Below the pieces are notes generated by a model, which was not told the origin of the DNA, made no database searches, and saw only the letters and a list, made by a program, of their open reading frames with translations. From Octopus vulgaris (lineage: Eukaryota), in NCBI GenBank assembly GCA_951406725.2, contig OX597821.1, positions 22,878,001 through 22,942,000 of the forward strand: a stretch of 64,000 nt of DNA, read 5' to 3'. The translations under genes and the position numbers were made by a program. Positions within the stretch are counted from its first letter, which is position 1. Each line of letters opens with the position of its first letter. Below, piece by piece: positions 1-12,609 of the stretch.

Positions 1-840
<840 letters not shown>

Positions 841-844
<4 letters not shown>

Positions 845-1050
845 CCCGCCTTAGCGAAGGCAGAGATATTGTTTTCAGTCATGATGTTTGTTTCTTTGTT
901 TGCGTGTCCGTGGACGAGGTATATCAAGAACCGCAGGATGGATTTAGATGAAACTTTTAGGGATGTTTGGCCTCGTGATTGGCACGAACTGATTAGATTT
1001 TGGGATCGATCTGGTACTGGACAAGGATTCTGGATTATTTTTAATATTTA
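841..1050 (+). mobile_element. Possible Helentron-associated (HINE/MITE-like) non-autonomous fragment
   Basis: TACCCCCGCC-TTAGCGAA-GGCAG subterminal hairpin, then GTTT-type micro-repeat and GGATTTAGATGAAACT...GATTAGATTTTGGGATCGATC, a layout typical of invertebrate HINE-like repeats. Confidence 0.45.
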
Positions 1051-1455
1051 GTTTACATGTATATGTAAAGTTTCATATAGTTCTCTGGTACACGCACACA
1101 CATACACGCATATACTCACACAAAGTTGAGCAGAGAATCTGCATCAAATTTTGCCAAACAGATATCTCCTCAGCCACCTTTAGACGGAACAAGAATATAA
1201 GAAAATTATTGACCTCTGTTTCTGACTCCAAGAAAATAAACATGGGATTATCTGCACGCTGTACCTTGAAAAACAGCCGCAAGAGAGGTAAGCCCTGTTC
1301 ATTGTGCAACAACATGAGTCAAGTGAATTCCATCAGGAATCATAACATTATACAGAAAGTGGGACATATAGAGATTCCCATTTAGGGTACGCAGCAGAAT
1401 GCACGAAATACAACTTGATTTATGTTGGCTTATGAACAATTAAACAAAAGCCCTC

Positions 1456-1529
1456 GGGCATATGGCGTAGAAGTTAAGAGCGCGGGCTACTAACCCCAAG
1501 ATTCCGAGTTCGATTCCAGGCAGTGACCC

Positions 1530-1607
<78 letters not shown>

Positions 1608-1730
1608 CAGCAACAACAACAACATCGAAAAATACCTTAGGAATGAGAACCCAGGTTCGAAATTTCCCCAAGACACCTAATGAAGGCTGGAGGGTATATC
1701 AGCCGAAACGTTGTGTTAACAACAAACAGG
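1456..1730 (+). mobile_element. tRNA-headed short element with internal (AAT)n and a hammerhead-ribozyme-type tail
   Basis: A-box-like TGGCGTAGAAGT and B-box GAGTTCGATTCC, then (AAT)n at about 1531-1600, then the hammerhead motif at 1673-1716. Confidence 0.65.
1673..1716 (+). ncRNA. Minimal type I hammerhead ribozyme motif with one core mutation
   Basis: ACAC-CTAATGA-A-GGCTG..CAGCC-GAAA-CG-TT-GTGT. Stem I ACAC/GTGT, stem II GGCTG/CAGCC; core CUGAUGA reads CUAAUGA. Confidence 0.65.
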
Positions 1731-1754
1731 ATGTATATAATTCATCATCTCTTA

Positions 1755-1900
1755 AATATAGAACTGAATTTAAAAAAAGGTTTAATGGGCACAGATTCTA
1801 CTTCTGGCACAATAATAGTAGATCAACAGAACTTGCCGAACATTTCGTTTCAAGCGGCTGCAATTTTGAAAAAGACTTGAATGTGCATATTCTCAGAAAA
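1755..1900 (+). mobile_element. Penelope-like element GIY-YIG endonuclease remnant
   Basis: RTEFKKRFNGHR...STELAEHF...FEKDLNVHIL within ORF 1523..2161 fits the R-F-x-x-H / EHF region of PLE GIY-YIG domains. Confidence 0.6.
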
Positions 1901-2274
1901 TATTCTGAATCTACTTCACTTTCACTTCTCAGAATGCATCAGGAGAACATCTCGCCCTGGAGGATACCATCAAATTTATACGAAACTTTGATTAAATATT
2001 CTTCTTTTTCTCTTTTTTCTTTCCTTATTTTTTCTGTCTTCTTTCTTTCTATCTTTTTCTTTTCGCCTGTTATAAAATTGAAACTCAGACTGATGACGTC
2101 ATTCCATCAACGCGTGGACGCTGGTTGCTCTCGTTCATACTTTACAGTTAAATTTCTATAATTTTGAATTTTTATCACTTCTTATTTTGGACTTGACAAA
2201 AACAGACATACTGTTGAAATATCGTTGAACCAATTAAATACCTATTACAATCGAATCACGCTCTTCGTCTTGAC

Positions 2275-2430
<156 letters not shown>

Positions 2431-2720
2431 TTCTCTTTATCACAGGTTTTGTTGGAGTTCCTAGAGTTTTGAATGCACAACAGGCTTGCTACCTGCAGCC
2501 TACGGTACCATGCTATCCGTTCTTTTCAGCTATCTAATACTTTCTTGATTATTCTGGCCGTGCCAAGGAGGCAAACCTTTTGTAACAGTTCTACTGGGCA
2601 CTCTATTCCAATTTCCCTTATATTCCCCATGATGACTTATACTGTTCCCAATGACCTCACAATAATTGGCACTATCTTCACCTTCTTCATTTTCCATAAC
2701 CGGGCTATTTCGTACTTAAA
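2431..2720 (-). mobile_element. Dong/R4 LINE C-terminus and 3' UTR (segment 3 of an interrupted copy)
   Basis: Minus strand reads LWKMKKVKIVPIIVRSLGTV*...ELLQKVCLLGTARIIKKVLDS*, then a UTR ending in (AAC/AAT)n. Confidence 0.85.
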
Positions 2721-2731
2721 AGGGTTGAATT

Positions 2732-3330
2732 TACATAATCTGATCAATAAGTATCCGGACTGTTGCCACAGTAACGAAGCTAAAGCACGAAGATTGAAGC
2801 CGCTTGGCACAGATGGACCTTGAACTCTGTTGTGCGCACGTACTAAGTTTTAACGTTCTAGCTCACTTCTGCTGTTTAAAGCAACGCTTGGCAATACCTG
2901 CTCAGAGGCCTATGCAAAGTTTTCAAAAAGTTTTCATCGTTCTCGACAAAATCAATGAGATATTTTGCAATAAAAAGCCGAGTGTCATTTTGGTCAGCTG
3001 AAAGCAGTTTAGGCACAAACTTGGTAGACACGCGTCTCATACCCTAATCTTCAGTGTTAATGGACTGAACTGAACCGTAACTAATCTGCACATCCTCTGA
3101 TAACTCACGGATGGTGATTCGACGATTTCTCCCCCCCCCTCACAGCTGCACGCACATCTGCGATGTTTATCTCAGTTGTTCTGGTTGCGAGTCTCCCAGA
3201 ACGTTCGTCAATATCGACATTTTTTCGGCCATCTTGGAAACGTCTGAGCCACTCGTACACTTGTGTGCGGCTCATACACTCCTCTGCATACTACAGCAAC
3301 AGTCCGTATACTTATTGATCAGACCTCATA
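2732..3330. mobile_element. Internally deleted mariner element
   Basis: TIRs TCTGATCAATAAGTATCCGGACTGTTGC / GCAACAGTCCGTATACTTATTGATCAGA with TA ends. Transposase remnants EECMSRTQVYEWLRRFQDGR and ISYGSVQSI..GMRRVSTKFVPKLL. Confidence 0.85.
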
Positions 3331-3538
3331 TCTATCTTTTCGCCTTCCTTCTTGACTATTCGTGAGTTAAAGGGGCACGCAACATCAACTATATAGCATA
3401 TGTGGTGTGCCTTGTTCACCACTACTAGGTCCGGTCTGTTATACTCTAGTACCCAATTAGTTTGGATTGGGAAATCCCAGAGCATTCTGATAGTCTCCGA
3501 CTCCGCAACTCTGCAGTTTGTGCTCATACCACTATTGT
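3331..3538 (-). mobile_element. Dong/R4 LINE restriction-like endonuclease region (segment 2)
   Basis: WYEH...MLWDFPIQT..NRPDLVVV..IVDVACP..KKEGEKI, a PD-(D/E)xK REL motif. Confidence 0.88.
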
Positions 3539-3553
3539 TTTATGTGAGCCATT

Positions 3554-4124
3554 GTGGCTTATAAAATCTTCGAAAGAAAATACAAGAAATTACACAATGC
3601 CGCACCACAACAGCTGGAAATAGCTCTGAAGCCTATATGGGGCCAAAAGAGCTATGTAACTAAGGGAAAGCGGTTTGGAACCGTAGAAGTTCGCTTCCCA
3701 ACAGAGGAGAAAGCAAAAAAGCATGTCATCCAAACATTACAAACATTTACTCGAGCCGACTAACCTTGGTCAGCAAGTAACGAAAATCAAAATCGACCAG
3801 GTGCTGCCCGAGCTGGATATATCTTGGCTGGTGGCAGCTGTCCTCTACGACATAGAGGACACTGCCACTATTCTGGATGTACGGCGATTAAGGGAGAAGA
3901 ACTGGTCAGGAATGGGAGTGCAGCTCCTGGCACATATTCAGCAAGGAAATATAAACACAATTTCAGATTCTGTAAATTTGTCGGACGGCACCAGATTGCA
4001 CGTTGCTGTAGAGGGGCGAAGGCCAAAGTGCTACCTCTGCAGCAGCGAGAGCCATCTGAAGAGGGACTGCCCCATTTATAAGAAAAGAATGAAGGCAGAA
4101 GGTAAGAGACAGCAGCAGCAGTAG
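3554..4124 (+). pseudogene. LINE ORF1 (gag-like, zinc knuckle), frameshifted
   Basis: RFGTVEVRF...VEGRRPKCYLCSSESHLKRDCP (CX2CX4HX4C). Confidence 0.8.
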
Positions 4125-4943
4125 CAACAACAACAACAGAAACAATAACAACCTGAAACAACAAAGGTTGCCACACCACCAACATCATCACCACCACCAA
4201 GAAGAGCAACACCACTTCCAGCCATCACCAAACCAACACCAACACCAACACCAAGAAGGACCACGCAGAAGGAAGTACCAACACCGTCACAAACACCAAC
4301 AACTACAGCAACATCACCGTTTCCCACAAACAATAATGATTTTCGCCAAACTTTTGAAACGGACCCGACAAATGTCCACTTTCCGGATCAGGTAAGCTTG
4401 GATTGTCCGAGAACTGATAGCGAGAAAGGGGAGTGGCAAACGGTGCCACCAAAAAAGGAAAAGACGCAAAAAATAAAAAGACACACACAAAACACAGGGG
4501 AAGTACGAACAAATAGAGCTTCCTCAAATCAATAACAACAACATGCACTCATAACAACAAACAACAACACTTTCGCCACCATTACTGCCACACACACCAA
4601 CACACACAGACACCGTTACAGCAATAAACACGAGAAACGAACAACTTGTATCACACATAAAAGAAAACTCTATACTCAGACTTTATTATACCTAAATACT
4701 CAGACTTTATTATACCAACGCACAATACACCATCGGCACACATTCTTACAATAAAAATAAACAAAACTATATATAATGAAATCAAGGAGAAATTCCCTAA
4801 CGATGTTGGGTTGCTAGGGAGAAATTTCTCCCAAAAACTATATAAAAACTTGGTGGAAACACCCGTGCAAAAGCACAAGGGAGCCACCCCACCAAACAAC
4901 AGTAAATAGAGCCTTTTTCTCTTTCTGACCTTTAAAAAAAAAC

Positions 4944-7590
4944 ATGGCTAAACTCAGAATAGGTTGCTTAAATGTGAGAGGCCTCGGGTCACCTTGGAAA
5001 CAAGGCCACCTGTTAAACGACCTGAGGTCTCACAGCGTGGATGTAGCAGCCATTAATGAAACCAGGCTCTCCGACCCGCAGGGACTCGCGGCCCTTTTCG
5101 GCGGATATGAAATTTTTCTATCTCCGTGTCGGCCGGGAGCGGGCGGTGTTGTCTCGGAAGGGCCTGGATTTGAAAATAAGGACAGTTTTCCTGGATCCAG
5201 AAGGTAAGTTGGTGGTCCTCGACGTAGACGGTAGTGATGGCGGTGGTTTCAGACTGCTGGCTGCCTATGCTCCGACAGGAGCAGGGCAGTCCGATTATTT
5301 CAAGCGTCTGGAAGTTTTCTTAGGAACGTCACGCACTCTAGTGCTAGTTGGGGATTGGAATGCTGTCTTAGACGAACGTTTCGATCGGGTGGGCACGGGA
5401 GCTTCTGATAGGAGAGGGGGGTGCAAGAGCCTCGCCAACCTGCTCAGACGCTTTCAGCTGTCCGACAGGTTTCGACTAGACAACCCGAATGTGCCAATGT
5501 GGACTTGGACTAATCGCATTGGGTCGTCTAGATTGTACTTAGATAGAGTGTTCTGTAGGCCAGCGGATAAGGACAGCATAGGTTGTCCACCTAGTCGACT
5601 ACACAGACCACAAATTCGTGATCTATATGGTCGACTTAGATAGGCTACATAGACAGGAACCCGGCTATTGGAAGCTGAACGCGTCGTTAACGGCGTGCAA
5701 AGCCTACAGAGACCGGATTAGTTTATTAGTTAAACGGGCGCTCACGGGGGCAATCATCAACAACAACTGGTGGTTTGCCCTCAAGAGAGCAATTAGAGCA
5801 GAGTCGATTAGGTTTAGTAAGGCTCTAGCTGTAGAACGTAGAAAAACAGAGCGTGATTTAGTTAGAAAACTAGACGAGGCTCTTGAGACAGGCATCGCAA
5901 CCGACGTGTTGGTGGCTAGGTTGGCCCTCGACCAACACTTTGACGCTAAACACGAAGGCTGCGTTGTCAGAGCTAAGGCGCGTTCGCTAAGCGGGGAGGG
6001 GACTAAGGCCACTCGATGGGCCCGCGTGGCGGAGGCGAAGCGTGGCAACAAAGCGACCATTCGGTCTTTGGTGGACCAAAACGGGCGCGAGGTTTCCGAA
6101 CCGAAGCGGATGTGTACGGTGTTTCAGCGGCACTTTGCTCAACTGTTTGGGACGAACGGTGGGACGGACAACGATACAGACTTCGGTGTGTACCTGGACG
6201 GCCTACCGCAACTCTCGGACAGCGAGGCAGAGTGCTGCGAAAGGCCGATATCTGCCTGGGAAGTGGAGGAAGCGATGAAAAGCTGCACGAGAGGTAGATC
6301 GCCGGGTTTGGATGGTCTGTCCTACGAGCTTTACACTTCAATGCCAGACTTGTTTGCGGGCCTCTTGGCAAACGTCTACTGCAACTGGCAGCAAGACGGG
6401 AGAATTCCTGCTTTTGTTTGTCGAGGAGTAGTGGCTTTGCTGAGAAAGGACCCAAACAAGGGGAACATTATAGGGAACTTTCGGCCCATCACTCTGCTCA
6501 ATGCAGAGTTGAAGATTTTGGCCAAGGTATTAACCAAGAGATTGGCGCTTGTCGTGGACAAGCTGATTGGCAAGGTGCAGACATGCGCCGTGCCAACCAG
6601 GTCGATACACGATAATCTCCATCTCATGCACTACATCATAGGGAGGGTGGGTAATGACGCTGGCGCGGGTGGGGCTTTGATCAATTTAAATCAGAGTAAA
6701 GCCTTCGATAGGGTCGACCATCGATACCTAGCAGCTGTTCTCAAGGCAGCCGGATTCGGTCCAGTCTTCCGCGGGTGGATCGCTGCTTTATACAGCAACA
6801 TCTGCTCAGTGATACGGGTGAACGGTCACCTTTCGGAACCGTTTGACATCTCGCGTTCGCTCCAACAAGGATGCCCTCTCTCCTCCCTCTTGTACGTATT
6901 GACTCTCGAGCCATTACTGCGCAAGTTGGAGGCTTTAAGGGGTATCCCGCGCGATCTAGGAGGTGGAAACAGCGTGTTTGCCTATGCCGACGACGTCACC
7001 GTGATGGTACCGAGCCACAGGCACATTGACCTGATCGGCGAGACGCTGAACAAATACGAAGCGGTGACAGGGGCAAAAATTAACGCGGAAAAGTCCGTGG
7101 GCTTGCAACTAGGCACCTGGAGAGGCAAGTCCATGCCGTCCAACAGCGTCGTAGGGCGCTGGACAGACGGACCTGTTAAACTGCTCGGGGTCTGGTTCGG
7201 TCCAGACCTCCAGGTGGATAAAAACTGGGAAGAAGTGACGAGCAGGGTGGCCAGTCTCACCCAGAAATGGACCGAGAGGAAGCTGTCCCTGAAAGGTCGA
7301 GCGGAGGTGGCGAATGCGTACATCGCATCCGTCATCTATTACCGCTTGACCGTCGTCCCTTGTCCCGACCGCTGGTTGGCCAAGCTGGTACGCTTGCTCT
7401 TCGACTTTTTGTGGAAGGGTCGGGTACCACTGGTCAGGCAATCCATCTGCTGTCAACGACCGCTGAACGGAGGCCTTGGCATGCCGTAGTTACTGATGCG
7501 CAGACATGCGCTCAGGCTGCGACATCTCAAGGTATTCCTAGACGGTGAACAGGTGTGGTCGTCGTTTGTCAGACGCGAATTACCGCGTCT
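4944..7590 (+). pseudogene. LINE ORF2: AP endonuclease plus reverse transcriptase, frameshifted
   Basis: LNVRGL, INET, YAP, GDWN, LDRV (endonuclease); SPGLDGL, FRPITLLN, KAFDRV, QGCPLS, YADD, LGVW (RT). Split over ORFs starting at 4944, 5056, 5618 and 7496. Confidence 0.93.
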
Positions 7591-8462
7591 ATTGGGTATT
7601 TTATGTAGTTTGTTCTTAGTACATGCTCTTGGGCAGCACAGATTAGAGCCTCCGTTTCTGGTTTTAAATCACTTTTAGTCATCTACAACCATCCTTTTAA
7701 ATCACTTTTAGTCATCTACAACCATCCTTTTTCAGTCTGTCTTATCTTCAACATCCCCATGAAATTGTCCATGCATTCCTTTCTTTACCCACGTATTTTA
7801 AGTTTCATTCGCTTTCAATTGCTTGTACAGTGCTTTATCTTTGCAATCTTCCATCCTACACAAGCTTGACCTTCTTACTTTTATAATAGCGATTCTGTGG
7901 TATTTTTATATACCATGCCACGTTGCTTTCTTCTGCCTTAATGCTGTGTTCGCATCCAATCAGTCCTCTTCTCCCTCTTTTTCTTGGTACAAACACTCTG
8001 TCTGTATCACTTTTGGGGTGGAGTACCCCACATCTAGTCAGCAACTTCCTTGTCTTTCTGTCTAAGCTGTTTAGTTCGTCTACTGTCCATACGATTACCC
8101 CTGCTCCATATCTAAGGAGTGAAACCGCCCAGGTGTTGATAACTTTAGTCTTATTCCGTCCGTTTAATTTCAACTTAAGGATCAGTCTCATACTGAGCAA
8201 GTACTCTACCTTAATTTTTTCTGTCATTTTTTCTCCATCAATTTATCCATTTCCAATATCCACAAGTACTTATAGCCCGTCTCTTCTATCTGCTTCATAA
8301 CCTCCCTCGACGGTATCGCCAGCCCATCCACACATTTGATTTTGCCTCTCTTCAAGACTAACACACCACACTTTTTCAGTCCGAACTCCATTCTGATATC
8401 AGCACTGAAAGTATACACCGTATGAACGAGGGAACTGACTTGGGATTCATCTTTACCATAAA
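7590..8462 (-). mobile_element. Dong/R4 LINE RT C-terminal region (segment 1)
   Basis: FSADIRMEFGLKKC, YKYL, NTWAVSLLRYGAG, LDRKTRKLL, HPKSD..R..GGRGL-like, MHGQF, ETEALICAAQEHVLRTN. Contains a 33-bp tandem duplication at about 7663-7729. Confidence 0.9.
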
Positions 8463-8463
8463 C

Positions 8464-8535
<72 letters not shown>

Positions 8536-8540
<5 letters not shown>

Positions 8541-9000
8541 GATGGGCTACAGCAAATATTCTGCTCAATACCACAGATTTGCTTGTCAGTTGTTTGACCT
8601 TAACCAGTTGAGCTGACGATATGTGGCTGACGATATGTGCATCTCTGATCACGAGCAGAAGTAGTGGGGGAGCATCATAGCCATGTGTTGAGAAGGATTC
8701 TTTGGGGTTTGAATAATTCACCTCTGGAAACATGGGTGTTTCGTTCAACGTCCTTAAACAACCCTTATTCAGGGACCTTTTGAGCGGGATGGGTTACTCG
8801 ATCTGAAGAAAATTCTAACTGGGCTCCACCTGCAAGGTCATGTGCTGTTTATCTTGATATGAGATCACCATGTCGCGCACATATGGTTGTGATGCATGTG
8901 CCTGGTGTACCCTTATCAGACGGGTAGTCATGATGGGTATACTGAGCTTCGTATATTTTACCCCAGTGTCACTTTGATGGCATGCTCTGCTCGCTCACTC
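8536..9000 (+). mobile_element. Non-coding interspersed repeat flanked on both sides by (AAT)n
   Basis: A second diverged copy lies at about 57020-57530 (shared AAAAGATGGGCTAC...CCTTATCAGA.GGGTAGTCATGAT). Confidence 0.75.
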
Positions 9001-9057
9001 AATAATAATAATAATAATGATAATAATAATAATAATTATTATTATTATTATTATTAT

Positions 9058-9127
<70 letters not shown>

Positions 9128-9128
9128 T

Positions 9129-9161
<33 letters not shown>

Positions 9162-9225
9162 TTGTTATTGTTGTTGTTGTTGTTGTTGTTGTTATCATTA
9201 TCATTGTTGTTGTTGTTATTATTAT
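9001..9225. repeat. Compound microsatellite (AAT)n/(ATT)n/(TAG)n/(TTG)n
   Basis: Seen directly. Confidence 0.98.
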
Positions 9226-9459
9226 ATATCTTAATACATTCGTTGAGTGTAATTTGAGCCTTAAATTGCTTGACAAATAGCCAGTATTTAGCACTCAACG
9301 TGTGCTCCGTTTGACTTCCATAATTTTATCCTTTGCTATAAAATCCGGGTTAACGTGTTCCACAAAGTCGATGTAGAAAATAAAATGAAACTAGAGGGAG
9401 TGTTTATAAGGTATTTACTTACACCCTCTTAAGTACGTTTTATTAACATAAGGTGATGA

Positions 9460-11678
9460 CACTGGTCAACAAAATTAAATCTATTTTACTCATCATGAAT
9501 GCAAACGTTTTTAGACTAATTTTTCATGCTGAATTAAAAATTTCACTCCATTTGTATGCAACACATATCAGTTTGTCAGTAGATACGTGCAAATATTTGC
9601 ATTAAAAAATCATTACTATCATTTTACAAAGAGTGACTACACAAAAACTGGGTCAGACAAAACAGACAAAGTTAGAACAACAGAGTTAGAAACATTGTGA
9701 TTTGGATTTCCTGCGGTGTTCCTGATCTGGCTCTTCACGGTAAAGTCTCCAGCAGTAGTCAGCCAGCATACTGTCATTCCAGAAGCCTTGGAACCGTTTC
9801 TCCATTGCACTAATGTCCTACCGAAATCTTTCAACATGCTCATTAGACACTGCTCCAAGGTTATCTGCGAAGAAATCCAGATGGGAGTCCAAGAAGTGAA
9901 CTTTTAGTGACATGCGACAACCTATTGCTGAGTAACATTTCAGAAGATTCTTGATGCCATACTTGTAGGTTCTTGATACCTCCTTGTGGCCCAAGAAATT
10001 CTCTCTAATTGAAAACATTCCAGGCAAGTAGTTTCAGTTCATTTAGTGTTGTCTTGAAGTTGACATCTTTGAGCACCTCTCTATATCGGGGTCCGACAAA
10101 GACACCCTCTTTCAACGTCGCCTGTGAGATTTTGGGAAACTTTTCTATAATATTCTCAATCCCTCTGGCATTTTTCTAGTGTCTTTACAAACTGTTTCAT
10201 CAATTCAAGCTTTATGTGCAAAGGAGGCAATATGACATTATATGGATCTACAAGAGGTGTATTCTTGACGCTAGACAGTCCTGGCTGGTATGATGTTCTT
10301 GTCTGTCAGTTTGATTCCGAATAATGTCTGTCAGTTGCCTGACTATCCCATAGACACAAGAAACAACAGTATTTTGTGAAACCTGACTGCATTCCCAAAG
10401 ACTTAAATTGCCACCTATTTTCCATGAGGCAATGACATGAAGTAAAATCTCCATATTCTCATATGATTCATGAAGATAAACGGAGTGTGCAAGAGGAATG
10501 GAGGGCTTCAAGTTGACATTATGGAGAAATGCTGCTTTTAAACTTTGTTTTGAAGAGTCAATAAACAAACGCCACTCTGCAGGATCATGATTTTGCGATA
10601 AACATTTGAAAAGTCCATCGGTGTTACTGCAAAAGTAAAGCAGGCCAGAAAAACACGTTTGCCGAAAATAAGTTATACGAACAACGTGTTCTAGAAGATA
10701 CTCCTCCTTCAACCTTGATGCCAACAGTTCTGTTTTATCTTTTGAGAGGAATAAGTCTCTGACAAGGTTATTCTGTTCAGCTTAGGAAAATTTCCGAGGT
10801 TCAAAGCTATCGTCATCAGTCGTGTAATCTTCCCCGGCAGTACTATCATGACAGTCAGCATCATCATCTAATGTTTCACTACCATCATCTGATGAAACTG
10901 GAATAGGCAGACTTCCATTGTGAGGCACAAGTCTCATTGCAGAATCCAAATTGCGATACACAATTTTGTGTTTATTCTTCATAGAAAATCCCGTGACATT
11001 TACTTTGCAAAAGTAACAGTCATTAAAATGGTCTTTCGGCTTCCTCCATATCACTGGAATGACAAAAGGCATGGACTTCATATTGAACCAGTCACGTAAG
11101 CCATTTGAACAAGCTGAGCAGATAAAATGTGGTGCCCATAACTTGTCCTGATCTCCAAGAGGACAGTCAAAGTATAGCTTATAAATCTTCTTGATCTCTG
11201 GTGTTATTGTACGTTTTTGAGCTTTCACAGTAAATTGTCCACAGACATAACAAAACACGTCTGGACGATTTCTACACTATCATGACATTCTTAACACTGC
11301 AAAACAAGTAAGGAAATAGATACAAACGGTTATACTTATATTGAATTTGAGATGATGAACTATTTCATCAGACCAATTATGACTGGACAATTTGAGATGT
11401 TGAAATACCTATTTCCTCAGACAAAACCTGACAGATGATGAAATATTGCACCTGAACTATGCAGCAATGAATAATACAGTTTATTTTAAAGGTATGTTTT
11501 CCACGATGTAAATGAAATACATACATACACGTCATTAATTGGAGTTTCTATATAAAACCCCAAAACTTTTTCATCTTGAAAACTGTACGTAATGTCAAAA
11601 ACTAATTGAAATCAGCATTAAAAATTACACTAAGCACACCTTGACATATGCTTGATGAAAAATACTTGTTGACCAGTG
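9460..11678 (-). mobile_element. Chapaev3-like (CMC) DNA transposon, full length, transposase disrupted
   Basis: TIR CACTGGTCAACAA / TTGTTGACCAGTG with flanks TGA and TAA (3-bp TWA-type TSD, one mismatch). Transposase motifs FCYVCG, GDQDKLWAPHFICSAC, DHFNDCYFC, WRLFIDSSK, MSLKVHFLDSHLDFF..NLGAVSNEH.ERF. Superfamily assigned from memory of these motifs. Confidence 0.8.
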
Positions 11679-12132
11679 TAATCGGTTACATAATGCAAAT
11701 CAACTCTTACTGTCAAATTGCCAGTCAGGTGTAATTATAATTATTAAACGTAAAACTGTTGGGGTGAAAAGGTGACAGTAGTCACCATCGTGGAGGTGGC
11801 TTGTGACTGTACTTATCTCCAACGGATAGGGCGTTATATAGACAACATCAGAGATAAAAAAAAAATTATCGTAAGATAGAGTTGGGTGTTATTTAGATCG
11901 TCTAAGAAATACATATGGTCATTTTCTAACAGTTTATTGTTTCTTTCTCTGCTGTTGGTTTCGTTTGATGTTAAGGTTAGTTAGAATACCATCAAATTTG
12001 GTGAGAGGTACATGCTGTTCGTTCAACAGTGTATTATAGATTTATTCATCTCAGCAGATATGAAAGCACACTCATAATATACGTAAATACATACAAATAT
12101 ATGTACACATCTAGACACACAAATACATATAT

Positions 12133-12417
12133 GAAAGAACAGAAGTCGGGTTTAAAGTTCACAACAGCTGTTTCGGCAGCATTTTATTGATGCATTCTTA
12201 GATTACATAACGGCAAAACTCCACCATCATCGAGTAAATATTATTATTAAACACATAAACAGGTAAGGTAGAAATAGATGACTAATTCTCCACTATCATA
12301 GTGAAAATTGCTTCCTAATGATGGCGTGTTTTTGCCATGATGTTATTTATGAATTCATCTATAAAATGCTGCCGAAACAGCTGTTGTGAATTCTAAACCC
12401 CATTTGTGCTTTTCTTT
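12133..12417. repeat. Imperfect inverted repeat of Penelope-type terminal sequence with hammerhead relics
   Basis: TTCACAACAGCTGTTTCGGCAGCATTTTAT versus ATAAAATGCTGCCGAAACAGCTGTTGTGAA. Confidence 0.75.
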
Positions 12418-12511
12418 TATACATACGCTATAGTTGGAATTAACCCTGGGTTGGATCTACGGTTTATATTGGATTGGGTATGTATGCATATATGCGTATG
12501 TCTATAGACAA

Positions 12512-12512
<1 letters not shown>

Positions 12513-12609
<97 letters not shown>
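12513..12609. repeat. (GATA)n microsatellite
   Basis: Seen directly. Confidence 0.98.

Larger units (their letters stand above)
3540..7590 (+). mobile_element. Tx1/L1-type LINE, truncated at both ends and frameshifted
   Basis: ORF1 with a CCHC knuckle, followed by ORF2 with AP endonuclease and RT. GC-rich relative to the flanks. Confidence 0.93.

Noticed and set aside
1456-1530. tRNA gene
   Set aside because: Has A and B boxes but no acceptor stem or proper cloverleaf, so it is a SINE-type head. The same holds at 18348, 26638 and 61141.
2088-2125. CTGATGA followed by a CGTC/GACG stem
   Set aside because: No GAAA or stem III follows, so a hammerhead cannot be supported.
5704-7456. Antisense and alternative-frame ORFs in the LINE
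   Set aside because: Expected shadow ORFs in GC-rich coding DNA; no motifs.
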